DNA of 64,000 nt from an uncultured delta proteobacterium (GTDB lineage Bacteria > Desulfobacterota > Desulfobacteria > Desulfobacterales > UBA2156): assembly GCA_963736855.1 (NCBI GenBank), contig CAVTQK010000015.1:576509-640508 (forward strand), read 5' to 3'. Shown piece after piece: positions 20,179-29,649 of this stretch (position 1 is its first letter; the number at the start of each line of letters is the position of its first letter). The notes below the pieces were generated by a model, which was given only the letters and a program-made list of their open reading frames with translations, ran no database searches and was not told the origin of the DNA. Made by a program: the position numbers and the translations under genes.

Positions 20179-22053
20179 TCAGGAGAAGACTTCATCGCGT
20201 TCGTGCCATTTTCCCTTGGATGCCTCCTGGGCTGCGCGGTGTTTGGTAATTTCTCCGGACAAGGCTCTTTCGATGGCTTCCGTGACCGCTTCCGCTGTTT
20301 CGATGCGGGTGAGATAGACGTAGTCGGCGCCGAACTCATAGAGGCGCCGGCTTTCCTCGAGCCCCAGGGCATTGGCGATGATAATCGCCTCGGGATTGAT
20401 GTGACGCAGTGCCTCGACGATCTTCATGTTGGAAGTCCCCTTGAGTAGGTCGTCCTGAATGGTGCACACGATCACCTTGGCCTTGTCGACCCCGGCATGG
20501 TGCAGGGTTTCTGTATTAGACAGGTCTCCATATCGCACCGTTGGCCCGTAGGCGGCGATCTTTTGATGGATTCCGACATTGAAATCCACCACGAGAATGC
20601 TTTTCAGCAGGTCCGGATACTTTTTCTTAAGGTCATATAGCAAAGACGAGGCGACCCGGTGAAATCCAAGCAGGGCGACACTGTAGGATTCCTCTTCGCC
20701 CGCATTCGCTTCGGGAGGGGCCTTGAAACCGATCCGATCAAACAGTGGAGCCAACCGGTCGTGAATTGCATCGGCCTTCTGGTAGAGCATGGGGGTCAGC
20801 AATGCCGTGATGACAAAAGCGAAGATGATGACGCCGTTGAGCTCTGTGCCGATGTGGCCGAGCTGAAGCCCTGCATAGGCGATAACCAGGGTGAACTCGG
20901 AAACCTGAGCAAGGCGCGTCGAGGCCACCATGGCATTGCGTCGGTCGAGGCCGGTCCAGTAAAGGAGGGGAAAGAAAATCAGGTACCGGGACAAGATAGT
21001 CAGTGCGCTGAACAGGATGGCAATCAACAAAAGGGATATGCCGTCAGGCATGGGAATGCTCATCCCGAGACCTACAAAGAACAATGTTACGAAAAAATCC
21101 TTCACGATGCCGACCTTGCCAAGCACGTCAGTGCTGTAAGGCAGGTTGGCGATGCTGGCCCCTGCAATGAGGGCTCCCATGCTGGAGCCCACCGTCAGGT
21201 GCCAATTGAAACCGAAAAGGGTCTCGGAGAAATTATCTATGTTGATCCCGATGAAAACGACGGCAAAACACCATGCAATGGCCGCCACTAAAATCAGCTC
21301 GGGCATCTTTGCAATCCATTTGAACCCGATGGGCAGGATGTACTTGGCGACGGCTATGGCGATCAGGGTAAGGACAGCGATGCCGAGGAAAGAAAGCAGG
21401 ATGGGGCCGACTTCCGGTTTCTCGAAATTGGGCTGAATGGCGATGACGATGATGGACCAGATGTCCTGAAAGATCAGGATGCCCAACGATACCCTCCCAA
21501 CGGTGGTGTCCATCTGAAAGGTTTCCTGGAACAATTTGACGACCAGCAGGGTGGACGATGAAGAGAGCAAAAATCCGATATAGATCGGGATATACCGGGA
21601 TTCAGTCCCTGAACCAGCAAGGAGGGTTCCGCCCACACCGATCCAGATCATGAGCTGGGTGAAACCGATGCCGAAGGCGATGCATAGAGGATACTGAAGC
21701 AGTCCGGATAGAATCAGGGTTTTCCCGCTGGCCATGAGTTTCCGGATGTCGAGTTCCAAACCGATTAGAAAGAGAAGCAGAACCAAACCGAACTGGGATA
21801 TGGTGTCGATGTTTCCGGTGTCGGTGACTACGTGGGTCCCGATGGGGCCGAGGATGACGCCTGCCAGCAAAAACGCCGCAATATTGGGAATTTTAAATTT
21901 GGTGAAGAGGATGGCCAAAATACCGGCCGCCATGATGCAAAAACCGATGTCGTGAACCAGCGAGGGAAGACCGCCGCCCGATGCATGTGCAGACTCAGGG
22001 AAGAATGGGGTAAAAAGAGCCCCCAATAGGAGAGTGAAAGCGGCTTTTTGCAT
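20179..22053 (-). CDS. Cation:proton antiporter (CPA2/Kef-type) with C-terminal RCK-like domain
   Basis: Multi-TM Na/H-exchanger-like core plus a soluble C-terminal domain. Start placed at ATG 22053 (GGAG RBS, MQKAAFTLLLGALF) instead of the ORF maximum at 22152. Confidence 0.8.
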   Translation of the reverse strand: MQKAAFTLLLGALFTPFFPESAHASGGGLPSLVHDIGFCIMAAGILAILFTKFKIPNIAAFLLAGVILGPIGTHVVTDTGNIDTISQFGLVLLLFLIGLELDIRKLMASGKTLILSGLLQYPLCIAFGIGFTQLMIWIGVGGTLLAGSGTESRYIPIYIGFLLSSSSTLLVVKLFQETFQMDTTVGRVSLGILIFQDIWSIIVIAIQPNFEKPEVGPILLSFLGIAVLTLIAIAVAKYILPIGFKWIAKMPELILVAAIAWCFAVVFIGINIDNFSETLFGFNWHLTVGSSMGALIAGASIANLPYSTDVLGKVGIVKDFFVTLFFVGLGMSIPMPDGISLLLIAILFSALTILSRYLIFFPLLYWTGLDRRNAMVASTRLAQVSEFTLVIAYAGLQLGHIGTELNGVIIFAFVITALLTPMLYQKADAIHDRLAPLFDRIGFKAPPEANAGEEESYSVALLGFHRVASSLLYDLKKKYPDLLKSILVVDFNVGIHQKIAAYGPTVRYGDLSNTETLHHAGVDKAKVIVCTIQDDLLKGTSNMKIVEALRHINPEAIIIANALGLEESRRLYEFGADYVYLTRIETAEAVTEAIERALSGEITKHRAAQEASKGKWHERDEVFS

Positions 22054-22315
22054 CTGGTTTCTCCTGGAATCCGGAGTTTTCGGAAGACATGAGTCGGCTA
22101 TAAACCGATTACGCGTCACTCGAACGGGTATGAAAGATAGCAACTGACCCATGCTTTGTCAACGCGCCTGTCCTTGCCGGCATCTAAGCTATTTGACACT
22201 TTCCGAAAACCTTTTTATAAAGGCCCAATTGTTAAAAATACAAGGTACAGGGTTGATACCGTTACATACACTGGGAGCCTGATGAATTGAAACCTTTCCG
22301 GGGATATCCGATGGA

Positions 22316-23308
22316 ATGAAACATAATCGGCTCATCTTCTTCGCCGGTTTTATGGTGGTGGTTATCTTCGCCGGCATTGCCGGATACATGATCATCGAGG
22401 GTTGGAGTTTTTTTGATTCCCTATACATGGTGGTCATCACATTGGCATCGGTCGGGTTCTCGGAGGTTCATGAGCTTTCGTTTCAGGGTCGTTTGTTTAC
22501 GATATTCCTAATCGTGTTCGGTATGGGGATTCTCCTCATGGGAATCACATCGCTCACGGCCTTTTTGGTGGAAGGAAAACTGAGCGAGATTCTAAGGAGG
22601 AATAAAATGCTCAAGAGAATCGACTTGCTGAAAAACCATTACATCGTTTGTGGTGCCGGAGGGATAGGCCAGCACATTATTGATGAATTGTACAAGACCG
22701 AAAGACCCTTCGTAGTCATCGATATGGATGACATCGTTTGCAAAAATTTAGAAGAAAGGAGTACCCTGTTCATCAAGGGAGACGCAGCCAGCACGGCAAA
22801 CCTGATGAGCGCCAAACAAGAAAAAGCCCGAGGTCTCTTTTGCGCACTGAAAACCGATGCAGATAATCTCCTGCTGATCATGACCGCCAGAGGCATCAAT
22901 TCCAAAATTCGTATCATTTCCAAGGCGGAGAAAAGGGAATCTACTGAGAAAATGATCCGGGCCGGAGCCGATGGAGTCGTCTTGCCACAGTTTATCGGTG
23001 GAATGCGAATGGCCTCGGAGATGGTCCGGCCGGCTGCTGTCACCTTCCTGGATAAGATGCTCAAAGGTAAAGAGGGCGCCCTCCGAGTGGAGGATGTCAT
23101 TGTCGATAAAAACAGCCAACTGGTGGGTCGAAAGCTGAGGGAATGCCCCTTTATCGGGGTGGAAGGACTTTTGCTGGTTGCCTTAGGAAAAGGGGATCGG
23201 TATATGATCAACCCGTCCAAAGAGGAAACAATTGAAGGCGGGGATGTGATGGTATTCATCGGACAGGAGACCGAGATAACGGCCATCCGGGAACTTGCCG
23301 GACAGTGA
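22316..23308 (+). CDS. Two-TM ion channel with TrkA-N/TrkA-C (RCK) gating domains and a non-canonical pore filter
   Basis: TM1, pore helix and TM2 with the pore sequence TLASVGFSEV, then IVCGAGGIGQHII (TrkA-N) and a TrkA-C-like end. Confidence 0.85.
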   Translation: MKHNRLIFFAGFMVVVIFAGIAGYMIIEGWSFFDSLYMVVITLASVGFSEVHELSFQGRLFTIFLIVFGMGILLMGITSLTAFLVEGKLSEILRRNKMLKRIDLLKNHYIVCGAGGIGQHIIDELYKTERPFVVIDMDDIVCKNLEERSTLFIKGDAASTANLMSAKQEKARGLFCALKTDADNLLLIMTARGINSKIRIISKAEKRESTEKMIRAGADGVVLPQFIGGMRMASEMVRPAAVTFLDKMLKGKEGALRVEDVIVDKNSQLVGRKLRECPFIGVEGLLLVALGKGDRYMINPSKEETIEGGDVMVFIGQETEITAIRELAGQ

Positions 23309-23505
23309 AGGCAGGTTTTATGCAGTCCTCGCCGAGTTCAACGAGACCGGTGCCGTAGGCTTCGGTGCCCAAGCCGGAGATCCAAGCTGATGACGTCCTG
23401 GCCCAAGTGATCCGGGTAACAGGCTTCAGCCAAGGCCCGTACCGCTTCCATGGAAAGTGAGAGGGCGCCGATTAACCCCCAAATCAACGCCCGTAAAGGA
23501 AGGCA

Positions 23506-25527
23506 TCATGGTTTTCCCTCCTTTTTTTCATCAGAATCAGCGAATCTACGGGCGATATCCTGAAATTGTTCCTCAATTTCCAAAAAAGCGTCAACCAATT
23601 CGGGATCAAAGTGGGCCCCCCGTCCCGCAGTGATACATTCTACGGCTTCTTCGTGAGTCATCGGTTTTTTATAGGGACGGCGGCTGATCAATGCGTCGTA
23701 AACGTCTGCGATGGCCATAAGCCTGCCGGAGAACGGGATTTCTTCTCCTTTCAATCCCTGAGGGTAGCCGGACCCGTCCCATTTTTCCTGGTGGGAGTAA
23801 GCCAGTTCCCCGGCCAACCGAAGAAATGAGCTGTTACCCAGACGCTGCTCCGCAGCTGTGATAATTTTATAAGCATAGGTCGTATGAAGCTTCATCAGCT
23901 CGAATTCGTTTTCCGTCAACCGATCCGGTTTCAAGAGAATGTTGTCCGGCACCCCAACTTTACCAAGGTCATGAAGGGGGGCGGATCGAAAAAGCAGTTC
24001 GATAGTGCTGTCAGTAAGTATATGCTTGAACTTGGGCCGGCGTTGGAGATGTTTAGCCAGTGCCCGGATGTAGTGCTGGGTCCGCTTAATGTGCCCGCCT
24101 GTCTCAGGATCTCGGGTTTCCGCGACGTTGGCGACGGTCTCCAGAGTCACCTCCTGTACAAGACTCAGTTCACGAGTCTTGGCATGGAACCTTTTATTTT
24201 CACGGTAGTACTTCAATAAAGACAGCAGGGTAAAATCGGCAATGAGTGCTAAGAAAGGAAAAAGCGGCGAAAGGTATATCCCGTGGGATCCCAAACACCA
24301 TGCGGCGCCTATCCAAAGACCGACAGTCCCGGCCGTCAGGACCCCTGCGCAGAGAAGAGGACCGACCCAGATGAGGACGGCGGAAGTGATCGTGCCGAAG
24401 GTTATCAGGAGCATGGCTTCTATTCCGGTCGCCCAAGAGGGTCGCCGAATGAAGTCACCGGACAACAGGTTGTTGAGGATATGGGCATGCACTTCGACAC
24501 CCGGAAAAACAGGATCATAGGGTGTCGCATGGATATCCTTGAGGCCTGCGGCCGTGGTCCCGATAAAAATAATCCGATCTTGAATCGCCTCGGAAACGTT
24601 ACCGATTAGGATGTCGGCCGCGCTGAAATAAGGAATGTTTCGTGAGGGTCCTCTGAACTGGATTAGGACGTTGCCCCCTTCGTCCAGGGGGACCGTAACT
24701 CCGTCGATAAGCAGAGAGACGATTCCGGTGGTTTCAACTTTCACCAAAACAGTTTCGGCTTTTCCGGCGGCCATTAATGTTGCAACTGCCAGGCTCGGAA
24801 AAATCGAGCCGCCTTGCTCAACGATGAGCGGAGCGCGGCGAAGGATTCCGTCGACGTCCGGCCGGATATTTAAAAACCCTTGCGCCGAGGCGGCCTGGGC
24901 CAGCACCGGGATGTTGCACACGGCAGAGCTTGCCTGGGTGAACAAGGCCTGTTTTTCGGCGACACCTGGCTGTCGCAGCACGGGGATTTTTAATTTTTCC
25001 TCTGGACATTGAATCCTCGTCTTCCCTTCGTTGAAGGAAAAACTAAAACCTAGTACGGATCTTCCCTTACTTAAAGCCGCGGCCAGGATACGATCATTGT
25101 CTTTGAAGTTCTCAGGAACCTTCTGAAAACGTACTCCCACATCAAGGTCCCGCGCCATCTCTTTGGAAAGCCGCGAAAGAGATGTCCGATCCGGCTCGGC
25201 AAAGACCATATCGAAACTCACTGCCAAAGCGCCACAGCGAAAAAGCCTTTCGGTCAGTTGCGCGATACGGTACCTTGGCCAAGGCCACTGTCCGAAACGT
25301 TTGAGGCTTTTTTCGTCGATGTCCACTACCACAGCAAGTCCGGTGGTTTTTTGTAAAGGGGCTGAGGTCAGGAGGGAGTCATAGAGCTTGTGGTCCAGTG
25401 CAACCAGCAGGCGGAGTTTTAACGGATACAGCAAAAGAAAGAGCGCGGTGACGGCCATTCCCGTTAAAAAGAGGCCCATCCTTCCACTGCCGGCGGAGAA
25501 AGGGTCTCTGCGGGGGCGTGATATCAT
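23506..25527 (-). CDS. CHASE2 sensor domain / HD-GYP phosphodiesterase
   Basis: N-terminal TM helix, extracytoplasmic CHASE2-like region, a TM bundle, and C-terminal HD-GYP (HDLGKVGVPDNILLK, HQEKWDGSGYPQGL, IADVYDALISRRPYK). Confidence 0.85.
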   Translation of the reverse strand: MISRPRRDPFSAGSGRMGLFLTGMAVTALFLLLYPLKLRLLVALDHKLYDSLLTSAPLQKTTGLAVVVDIDEKSLKRFGQWPWPRYRIAQLTERLFRCGALAVSFDMVFAEPDRTSLSRLSKEMARDLDVGVRFQKVPENFKDNDRILAAALSKGRSVLGFSFSFNEGKTRIQCPEEKLKIPVLRQPGVAEKQALFTQASSAVCNIPVLAQAASAQGFLNIRPDVDGILRRAPLIVEQGGSIFPSLAVATLMAAGKAETVLVKVETTGIVSLLIDGVTVPLDEGGNVLIQFRGPSRNIPYFSAADILIGNVSEAIQDRIIFIGTTAAGLKDIHATPYDPVFPGVEVHAHILNNLLSGDFIRRPSWATGIEAMLLITFGTITSAVLIWVGPLLCAGVLTAGTVGLWIGAAWCLGSHGIYLSPLFPFLALIADFTLLSLLKYYRENKRFHAKTRELSLVQEVTLETVANVAETRDPETGGHIKRTQHYIRALAKHLQRRPKFKHILTDSTIELLFRSAPLHDLGKVGVPDNILLKPDRLTENEFELMKLHTTYAYKIITAAEQRLGNSSFLRLAGELAYSHQEKWDGSGYPQGLKGEEIPFSGRLMAIADVYDALISRRPYKKPMTHEEAVECITAGRGAHFDPELVDAFLEIEEQFQDIARRFADSDEKKEGKP

Positions 25528-25573
25528 GCTCCGGACCTATTGAAAGGAGAAATGAACGAGCGCATTACGGCTC

Positions 25574-26167
25574 TTATCGGATGAAGACCTCCACCCGACG
25601 GTTTTTGGGCTCATCCACTTCGTCGGCTGTAGGAATCAGCGGGTCGTTTTCACCATGGGCAAAGACATGGATCAGGACCGGGTCCACACCGATCTTGATG
25701 AGTTCATCCCGAACGATCTGAGCCCGCTCCAAGGAAAGCTCAGCATTGACCTCTTGCTTCCCCATTGTATCCGTATGTCCGGTGATGAAAACGTTGCATG
25801 GGATGCGCTTTTTTACTTCCTCCTGGACTTGTTTCAGCTGAACCTGAGAAGCCTCGTTCAGAGAGGTGGTTCCTGTAACAAAATAGAGAATAAAGGATAA
25901 AGGCGCTTCTGGTGTGGCTTTAAGGGCGTCCTTAAAAATGTCTTGGATCTCTTTTTCGCTCATCGCCTTGATTGAGCCCGGGGCATGTTTCTCCTTGATT
26001 TCGGTGGCGGTGTAGGCTTCGGACAGGTCCTGTCTTCCCTGGGAATTAGAAACAGAAATCCGGCCCACTTTTCCGTCCGGGTCGGGCATGAGGACGACGA
26101 GGCTCTTTTTTCCTGAGCACCCCATCATAAGCATGATACAGGCTATGGTCGTGAAGAAGGTTTTCAT
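25574..26167 (-). CDS. OmpA-family lipoprotein
   Basis: Lipobox LMMGC after MKTFFTTIACIM. C-terminal OmpA-like motif ITGHTDTMG...NRRVEVFI. The ORF maximum of 26218 would overlap the fecR-like gene. Confidence 0.8.
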   Translation of the reverse strand: MKTFFTTIACIMLMMGCSGKKSLVVLMPDPDGKVGRISVSNSQGRQDLSEAYTATEIKEKHAPGSIKAMSEKEIQDIFKDALKATPEAPLSFILYFVTGTTSLNEASQVQLKQVQEEVKKRIPCNVFITGHTDTMGKQEVNAELSLERAQIVRDELIKIGVDPVLIHVFAHGENDPLIPTADEVDEPKNRRVEVFIR

Positions 26168-26195
26168 TGTCTCCAACCTTTTCTCCGGATTCCGG

Positions 26196-26642
26196 TTATG
26201 AGTCCTTGACTTTGGCACAGAAGCTGGTTCCCCGAATACCGATGGTGGCGGTGGGAGTTTCGATACCTACCGATTGAGGCGCTAATTTTCCGATGGATCC
26301 GGAAATATACGCGGCGGTCCCTTTGATGATCCGAACCAGGAACTCGAACCGATTTTGGGCTGGTTCAAAAATGTATCGACTCAAGATTAATTCTGTTTCC
26401 GGACCGATGGAAAGACGTGTGTTATCACGGAATACGATCCCCAGGGAGGCGTCCTTTCCGGTTTTGATCACATCGTTTTGCATCACCGAAAAGCCGTCTT
26501 TGGCAACGATCCGCACCCTATTTCGCTCGACGAAAGCCATACCTGCGACTTTCCGAAGTTCTCCGATGGTATCATCCGCCACAGCCGACATCGCCGGTAG
26601 GATAAGAGAAACAGCCAGCAGAAGAATCACGATTTTTTTCAT
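26196..26642 (-). CDS. FecR domain protein (secreted)
   Basis: Signal peptide MKKIVILLLAVSLILPAMSAVA followed by a FecR-like beta-rich domain. First gene of the module. Confidence 0.75.
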   Translation of the reverse strand: MKKIVILLLAVSLILPAMSAVADDTIGELRKVAGMAFVERNRVRIVAKDGFSVMQNDVIKTGKDASLGIVFRDNTRLSIGPETELILSRYIFEPAQNRFEFLVRIIKGTAAYISGSIGKLAPQSVGIETPTATIGIRGTSFCAKVKDS

Positions 26643-26764
26643 TGATTCGTCTCCTTGGTTTTAAATTTCAGACAGGATATACTAACTGATAATTATGACA
26701 CAAGTCGCAAGGCATGTAAAGTATACTCCGGCTCAATTTGGGTGCTATATAACCCTCCGATGTT

Positions 26765-27463
26765 TTATTGCTTTTGTGTTTTGGGCAAAAGAATTCGGGC
26801 GTCGGCCACGACACATTTATCCCGGGTGCATTTGACCGGGTTCAGATCAATGGATTCGATATGGTCGGAAATGCCCATGACAAGAGCGGAGAAGTCCATC
26901 ACCAAACGAATCAAAGCGGAAATGGAAACCGGTTGTGAACCCCGGTGGCCCTTCAGGAGGACCGCCCCTTTGAGACTGCTCAGCATCGAGGAAACGTCAT
27001 TTTCGTTGAGGGGTGCCATACGCAGCGCTGTGTCCCCGTAAACCTCCACACCGGTTCCTCCGAGCCCCACCATAACGACCGGGCCGAACTGGTAATCGAT
27101 CTTGGCGCCGACGATCATCTCCATCCCGGGAACTATTTCTTCCACCAGGATCCCTGCAAAACTCTTCATGGCACTGAATCGTCGATAGACTTCGGAAAGC
27201 CGGGCATCATCGTCGATTCCCACTACCACGCCGCCGATATCCGATTTGTGGAGGATTTCCGGCGACACCACTTTGGCCACAACGGGATACCCGATGCTTC
27301 TGGCGGCCTGGAGTGCCCCGGACTCTGTTTTTATCCACTTAAACGCCGGCACCGGGATTCCGGCCATAGAGAGCAGACGCTTGGCTTCGGGCTCCATGAC
27401 CCACCCTGGCTTTTGAGCCTGGATGAGGATCTCTTCGATCTTAAGATTCAGCATGATCTGCAC
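26765..27463 (-). CDS. Acetate--CoA ligase (ADP-forming), ATP-grasp (beta) subunit
   Basis: ATP-grasp_5-like pattern (GYPVVAKVVSPEILHKSDIGGVVVGI). Overlaps the alpha subunit gene by 16 nt. Confidence 0.8.
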   Translation of the reverse strand: MQIMLNLKIEEILIQAQKPGWVMEPEAKRLLSMAGIPVPAFKWIKTESGALQAARSIGYPVVAKVVSPEILHKSDIGGVVVGIDDDARLSEVYRRFSAMKSFAGILVEEIVPGMEMIVGAKIDYQFGPVVMVGLGGTGVEVYGDTALRMAPLNENDVSSMLSSLKGAVLLKGHRGSQPVSISALIRLVMDFSALVMGISDHIESIDLNPVKCTRDKCVVADARILLPKTQKQ

Positions 27464-28815
27464 CTCATGAGGGCTTCTGCCATAAGGACGGCTCCGTCGA
27501 TGGAAGAAGAAACAGGGACATTATTGAGTTCGAATCCTTCGATAAGCATGCGATATTTTTCATGGTGCGGTACGTAGGCGATCAGAGGTTTGTTCTGGCC
27601 CCGGAAGATATAACTCATGCGGGCTCCTAAATCCGAGCTGACTCCTGGGGAATAGGGCAACAGCAAAAGAATCACGCAATCGATACCCGGCACCTGGCTC
27701 AGGCCGGTGGCTGCGGCAACGAAATCGTCGTCTTCGGCGCTTCCGGTTAGATCGACGGGGTTTTGCAAAGATGCGATGGCACGAAGCCGTTCCGAAAGGC
27801 TTTCTCGGATTCCTGCCCGATCCGCATCTCCAAGCTGCGGAACCGAGAGACCGTGTGCGGTGCAAACGTCGGAGGCAAGGACACCATGTCCTCCACTGGT
27901 CGTGATGATGCCGATGTTGCCCGAGATGGATCGGTGATAGCAGCTCAAGGACTCACAGAAAGAGAGCATCTCGAACTCATTTCTAGCCTCCACAATCCCA
28001 TGCTGAGCCATCACTTCTGAAAAGACCCGGTAATCTCCCGCCAGCGAGGCGGTATGGCTGTTTGCAGCGCGGCTTCCTACAGCGGTTTTTCCCGCCTTTA
28101 AGACGATGACGGGCTTGTGGATACGGCGGACGGTTTCCACAAAGTGCCGGCCCTCGTTTTTTTCAAATCCCTCAATATATAGAGCGATGACCCGCGTATC
28201 AGGGTCCTGGTCTAGATGATGGATGAGATCCAATTCGCGGACGAGGGCCTTGTTGCCGATACTGACTGCTAGGCTGAGTCCCACTCCTTGCCCGGCAAAT
28301 TTTACCATCTGGTCAACCAGTACACCCCCGCTTTGACTGATGATGGCTACAGGGCCGGGATTGGGTCGGATGATCCGTTCTCCCGGGAGGAAAAAGGTAT
28401 CGAACCGGTTGGGCGCGTAAATGCCGAGACAGTTGGGCCCGATGAACGGAAAGTCCGCTTCCCGGGCCAGGCGTACCAGGTTTTTCTGAAGATCGGTCCG
28501 GTTACTCTCGGCAAAACCGCCTGATACGATGACAGCACCCCCAACGTCCTTTTCAATGCACGCTTTAAGGATTTCTTCCACGAACTCAGCCCGGGCTGCA
28601 ATCACTGCCAGATCGATGGCAGAGGGGATATCCCTGATGCTGGGGTAAACCCGGTTCCTCTGGAGGTATCCTCCACGGGGGTTCACGGGGTACACCTTGA
28701 CCGGATATCTCAGGTGGATCTTATTGTAAATGACGTTGGCCGGGTGCCGGTCATTGGTAAGTGACACCCCGACGACGGCAATGGTCTCGGGATGGAACAT
28801 GCGAGTAAATTCCAA
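27448..28815 (-). CDS. Acetate--CoA ligase (ADP-forming), CoA-binding/ligase (alpha) subunit
   Basis: CoA-binding N-terminus (PETIAVVGVS), succinyl-CoA-synthetase-like flavodoxin domain, and GPNCLGI motif. Confidence 0.85.
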   Translation of the reverse strand: MEFTRMFHPETIAVVGVSLTNDRHPANVIYNKIHLRYPVKVYPVNPRGGYLQRNRVYPSIRDIPSAIDLAVIAARAEFVEEILKACIEKDVGGAVIVSGGFAESNRTDLQKNLVRLAREADFPFIGPNCLGIYAPNRFDTFFLPGERIIRPNPGPVAIISQSGGVLVDQMVKFAGQGVGLSLAVSIGNKALVRELDLIHHLDQDPDTRVIALYIEGFEKNEGRHFVETVRRIHKPVIVLKAGKTAVGSRAANSHTASLAGDYRVFSEVMAQHGIVEARNEFEMLSFCESLSCYHRSISGNIGIITTSGGHGVLASDVCTAHGLSVPQLGDADRAGIRESLSERLRAIASLQNPVDLTGSAEDDDFVAAATGLSQVPGIDCVILLLLPYSPGVSSDLGARMSYIFRGQNKPLIAYVPHHEKYRMLIEGFELNNVPVSSSIDGAVLMAEALMRCRSC

Positions 28816-28953
28816 TTTAAACCTCCATTCGAGACAGAGAAAAAAATATTTCTACAGGCGAAAAAAGCCGGGAAGAGCAATCAAAAAAGGGTCCGCCTTC
28901 AAAAAACCCTGTTCAATAAAGGCATAAATGCTTCGGTCGGAATAGAAACAGGT

Positions 28954-29481
28954 TCATGGCTTGGAAAGCAGGTAAAAGCCGATGGCTACGTCGCTGGCAT
29001 CGGTGGGATCCACCGTCGTGAATTGTGCACCGACTTCCGACCCGGTGACGCTTTTCACAACGGCTCGCTTTCGAATCCGGGACCGATTCCGGTCGTCCAG
29101 ATGAAACTCCAACCGGATCTGATCTCCGGGTTTGAGCATGACCTTCCCGATGGCTTGAAATCGCATCCCCTCACGCGACAGATTCACGATGGTGGTTTCA
29201 CCGGTAAGGCCGTTTTTTTCCGAAATATAGGTGCCCGGCAGATGGGTCTTGACGAATGTACCATAAAAGTCCGTGTCTTTTCGATGGGATTTCCTTCGAT
29301 CAAGCACGGCAATGTATGTATTTTTACACCTGCAGCGGATCCTGAGCTTGATTTCCTTTTCAGCGTCAAGATATTTGGTGGTATCAATCGTCTTTGTCCA
29401 GTTGCATTTCGGGCAGACCAGTGTGGCTGTATTATTCTCGCCGATGTGAAATTTGACCTCCATGGAAATGACCCTTCCCAA
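28954..29481 (-). CDS. PilZ domain protein with N-terminal Cys4 zinc-ribbon
   Basis: RRKSHR (RxxxR) and NLSREG (D/NxSxxG) c-di-GMP-binding motifs. N-terminal CPKC...CRC. The start could be Met 29463. Confidence 0.75.
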   Translation of the reverse strand: MGRVISMEVKFHIGENNTATLVCPKCNWTKTIDTTKYLDAEKEIKLRIRCRCKNTYIAVLDRRKSHRKDTDFYGTFVKTHLPGTYISEKNGLTGETTIVNLSREGMRFQAIGKVMLKPGDQIRLEFHLDDRNRSRIRKRAVVKSVTGSEVGAQFTTVDPTDASDVAIGFYLLSKP

Positions 29482-29649
29482 AGCCCTTTTCAGTTTCAGT
29501 TCATGAAAGAATCGGAAGCTTATGCTGCATTCCGTTTCAGCCCTTGGAGTTTCAAATCACAAAAGCCCCTTAGAAATCAATAGGGAAGTTCTCATAAGAG
29601 ATCGTGAAGAGCGAATAAGGAGGATTTGATGGCAAAAACAATTGTTTTT

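Noticed and set aside
23309-23505. Small minus-strand gene after the HD-GYP gene
   Set aside because: An ATG overlaps the HD-GYP stop as ATGA. Three short pieces in different frames could be joined into a membrane peptide of about 90 aa (…LIWGLIGALSLSMEAVRALAEACYPDHLGQDVISLDLRLG / TEAYGTGLVELGEDCIKPA…). That would need two extra frameshifts, the product matches no family I know, and it would overlap the channel gene's 3' end.
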